Below are positions 63,421 to 64,000 of a DNA stretch of 64,000 nt, piece by piece. Source of the stretch: Octopus sinensis (Eukaryota); the NCBI RefSeq assembly GCF_006345805.1, contig NC_042997.1, positions 163,990,001 to 164,054,000 on the forward strand, read 5' to 3'. Position 1 is the first letter of the stretch, and each line of letters opens with the position of its first letter. A model generated the notes under the pieces. It made no database searches. It saw only the letters and a list, made by a program, of their open reading frames with translations, and was not told the DNA's origin. A program made the translations under genes and the position numbers.

Positions 63421-64000
63421 CATCTATACACAATAACTATTTTTTGAAAATAGATAACTAAAGATCCTCTTTCACTTTGCCCATCATTATTATATCAGTT
63501 GTAAAACCAGTTGAGCAAATGAATAGAAATTAAAAGAAAAATGAGAGAAATTTAAGTGCATTTCATTAAAATTGTTTTTTAGTATCTCAACTTGTGTAGT
63601 AGAAGACTTTGTATGTATGCAAGTGTGTGTATGTGATATTTGAGAAATTTTGTGCATATGTTTGTGTATATAATCATCTTCTCGTCCCCAGCTTTCTTTT
63701 GTATGTCTCTATTGCTCCTTCTTTACTGCCACAATACTGAAAATCAGTGTTTTATTATTCCACCCATTTCTGATCCTGAAAGGAAGCTTTACAACTTAGT
63801 TTTTTTCTTTCTTCCTCTTTACTGCCTCACTCCCTTTTTGTCACATACTTTCCCTTTTCTTTATTTTTTTGCCACTCTAATACTATCAACACTTCTTTTA
63901 CTTCTCTGATGCCCTTTTCTTTTTCTCTATACTTTTAGAAATCAGTTGCAAGGTTAGAATTTTAGCAGAATACTTGATTAATGTAGAGTTGTTGTTAATT

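Overview
AT-rich, microsatellite-dense eukaryotic DNA with no operons, CRISPR arrays, rRNA or intact tRNA genes. The repeat content resembles an Octopus (coleoid cephalopod) genome; this is an inference from recalled repeat families. The only host gene I can support is inversin (INVS/NPHP2) on the minus strand, with two ankyrin-repeat exons (14471-14305 and 4932-4759) that splice in frame. Its other exons were not found. The rest is layered transposable elements: RTE-clade LINEs (many 5'-truncated copies of a (GAT)n-tailed 3'UTR), L2/CR1 fragments, four Penelope-like element (PLE) remnants, Tc1, mariner, maT-like and Tigger transposons, tRNA-derived SINEs, a Helitron/Helentron-type element and MITE-like inverted repeats. 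The most interesting signals are: (1) hammerhead ribozyme folds that no ORF track shows, at 46229-46266 (-) with a canonical core, 42655-42781 (+) with a ~100-nt structured stem II, and decayed copies at 47308-47343 and 55237-55273; (2) an RTE 3'UTR amplified into a higher-order tandem array (37815-39650); (3) fold-back palindromes and long inverted repeats nucleated on (TA)n tracts; (4) a possible internal promoter and in-frame alternative first exon in the INVS intron. Most TE boundaries are approximate and were read by eye.
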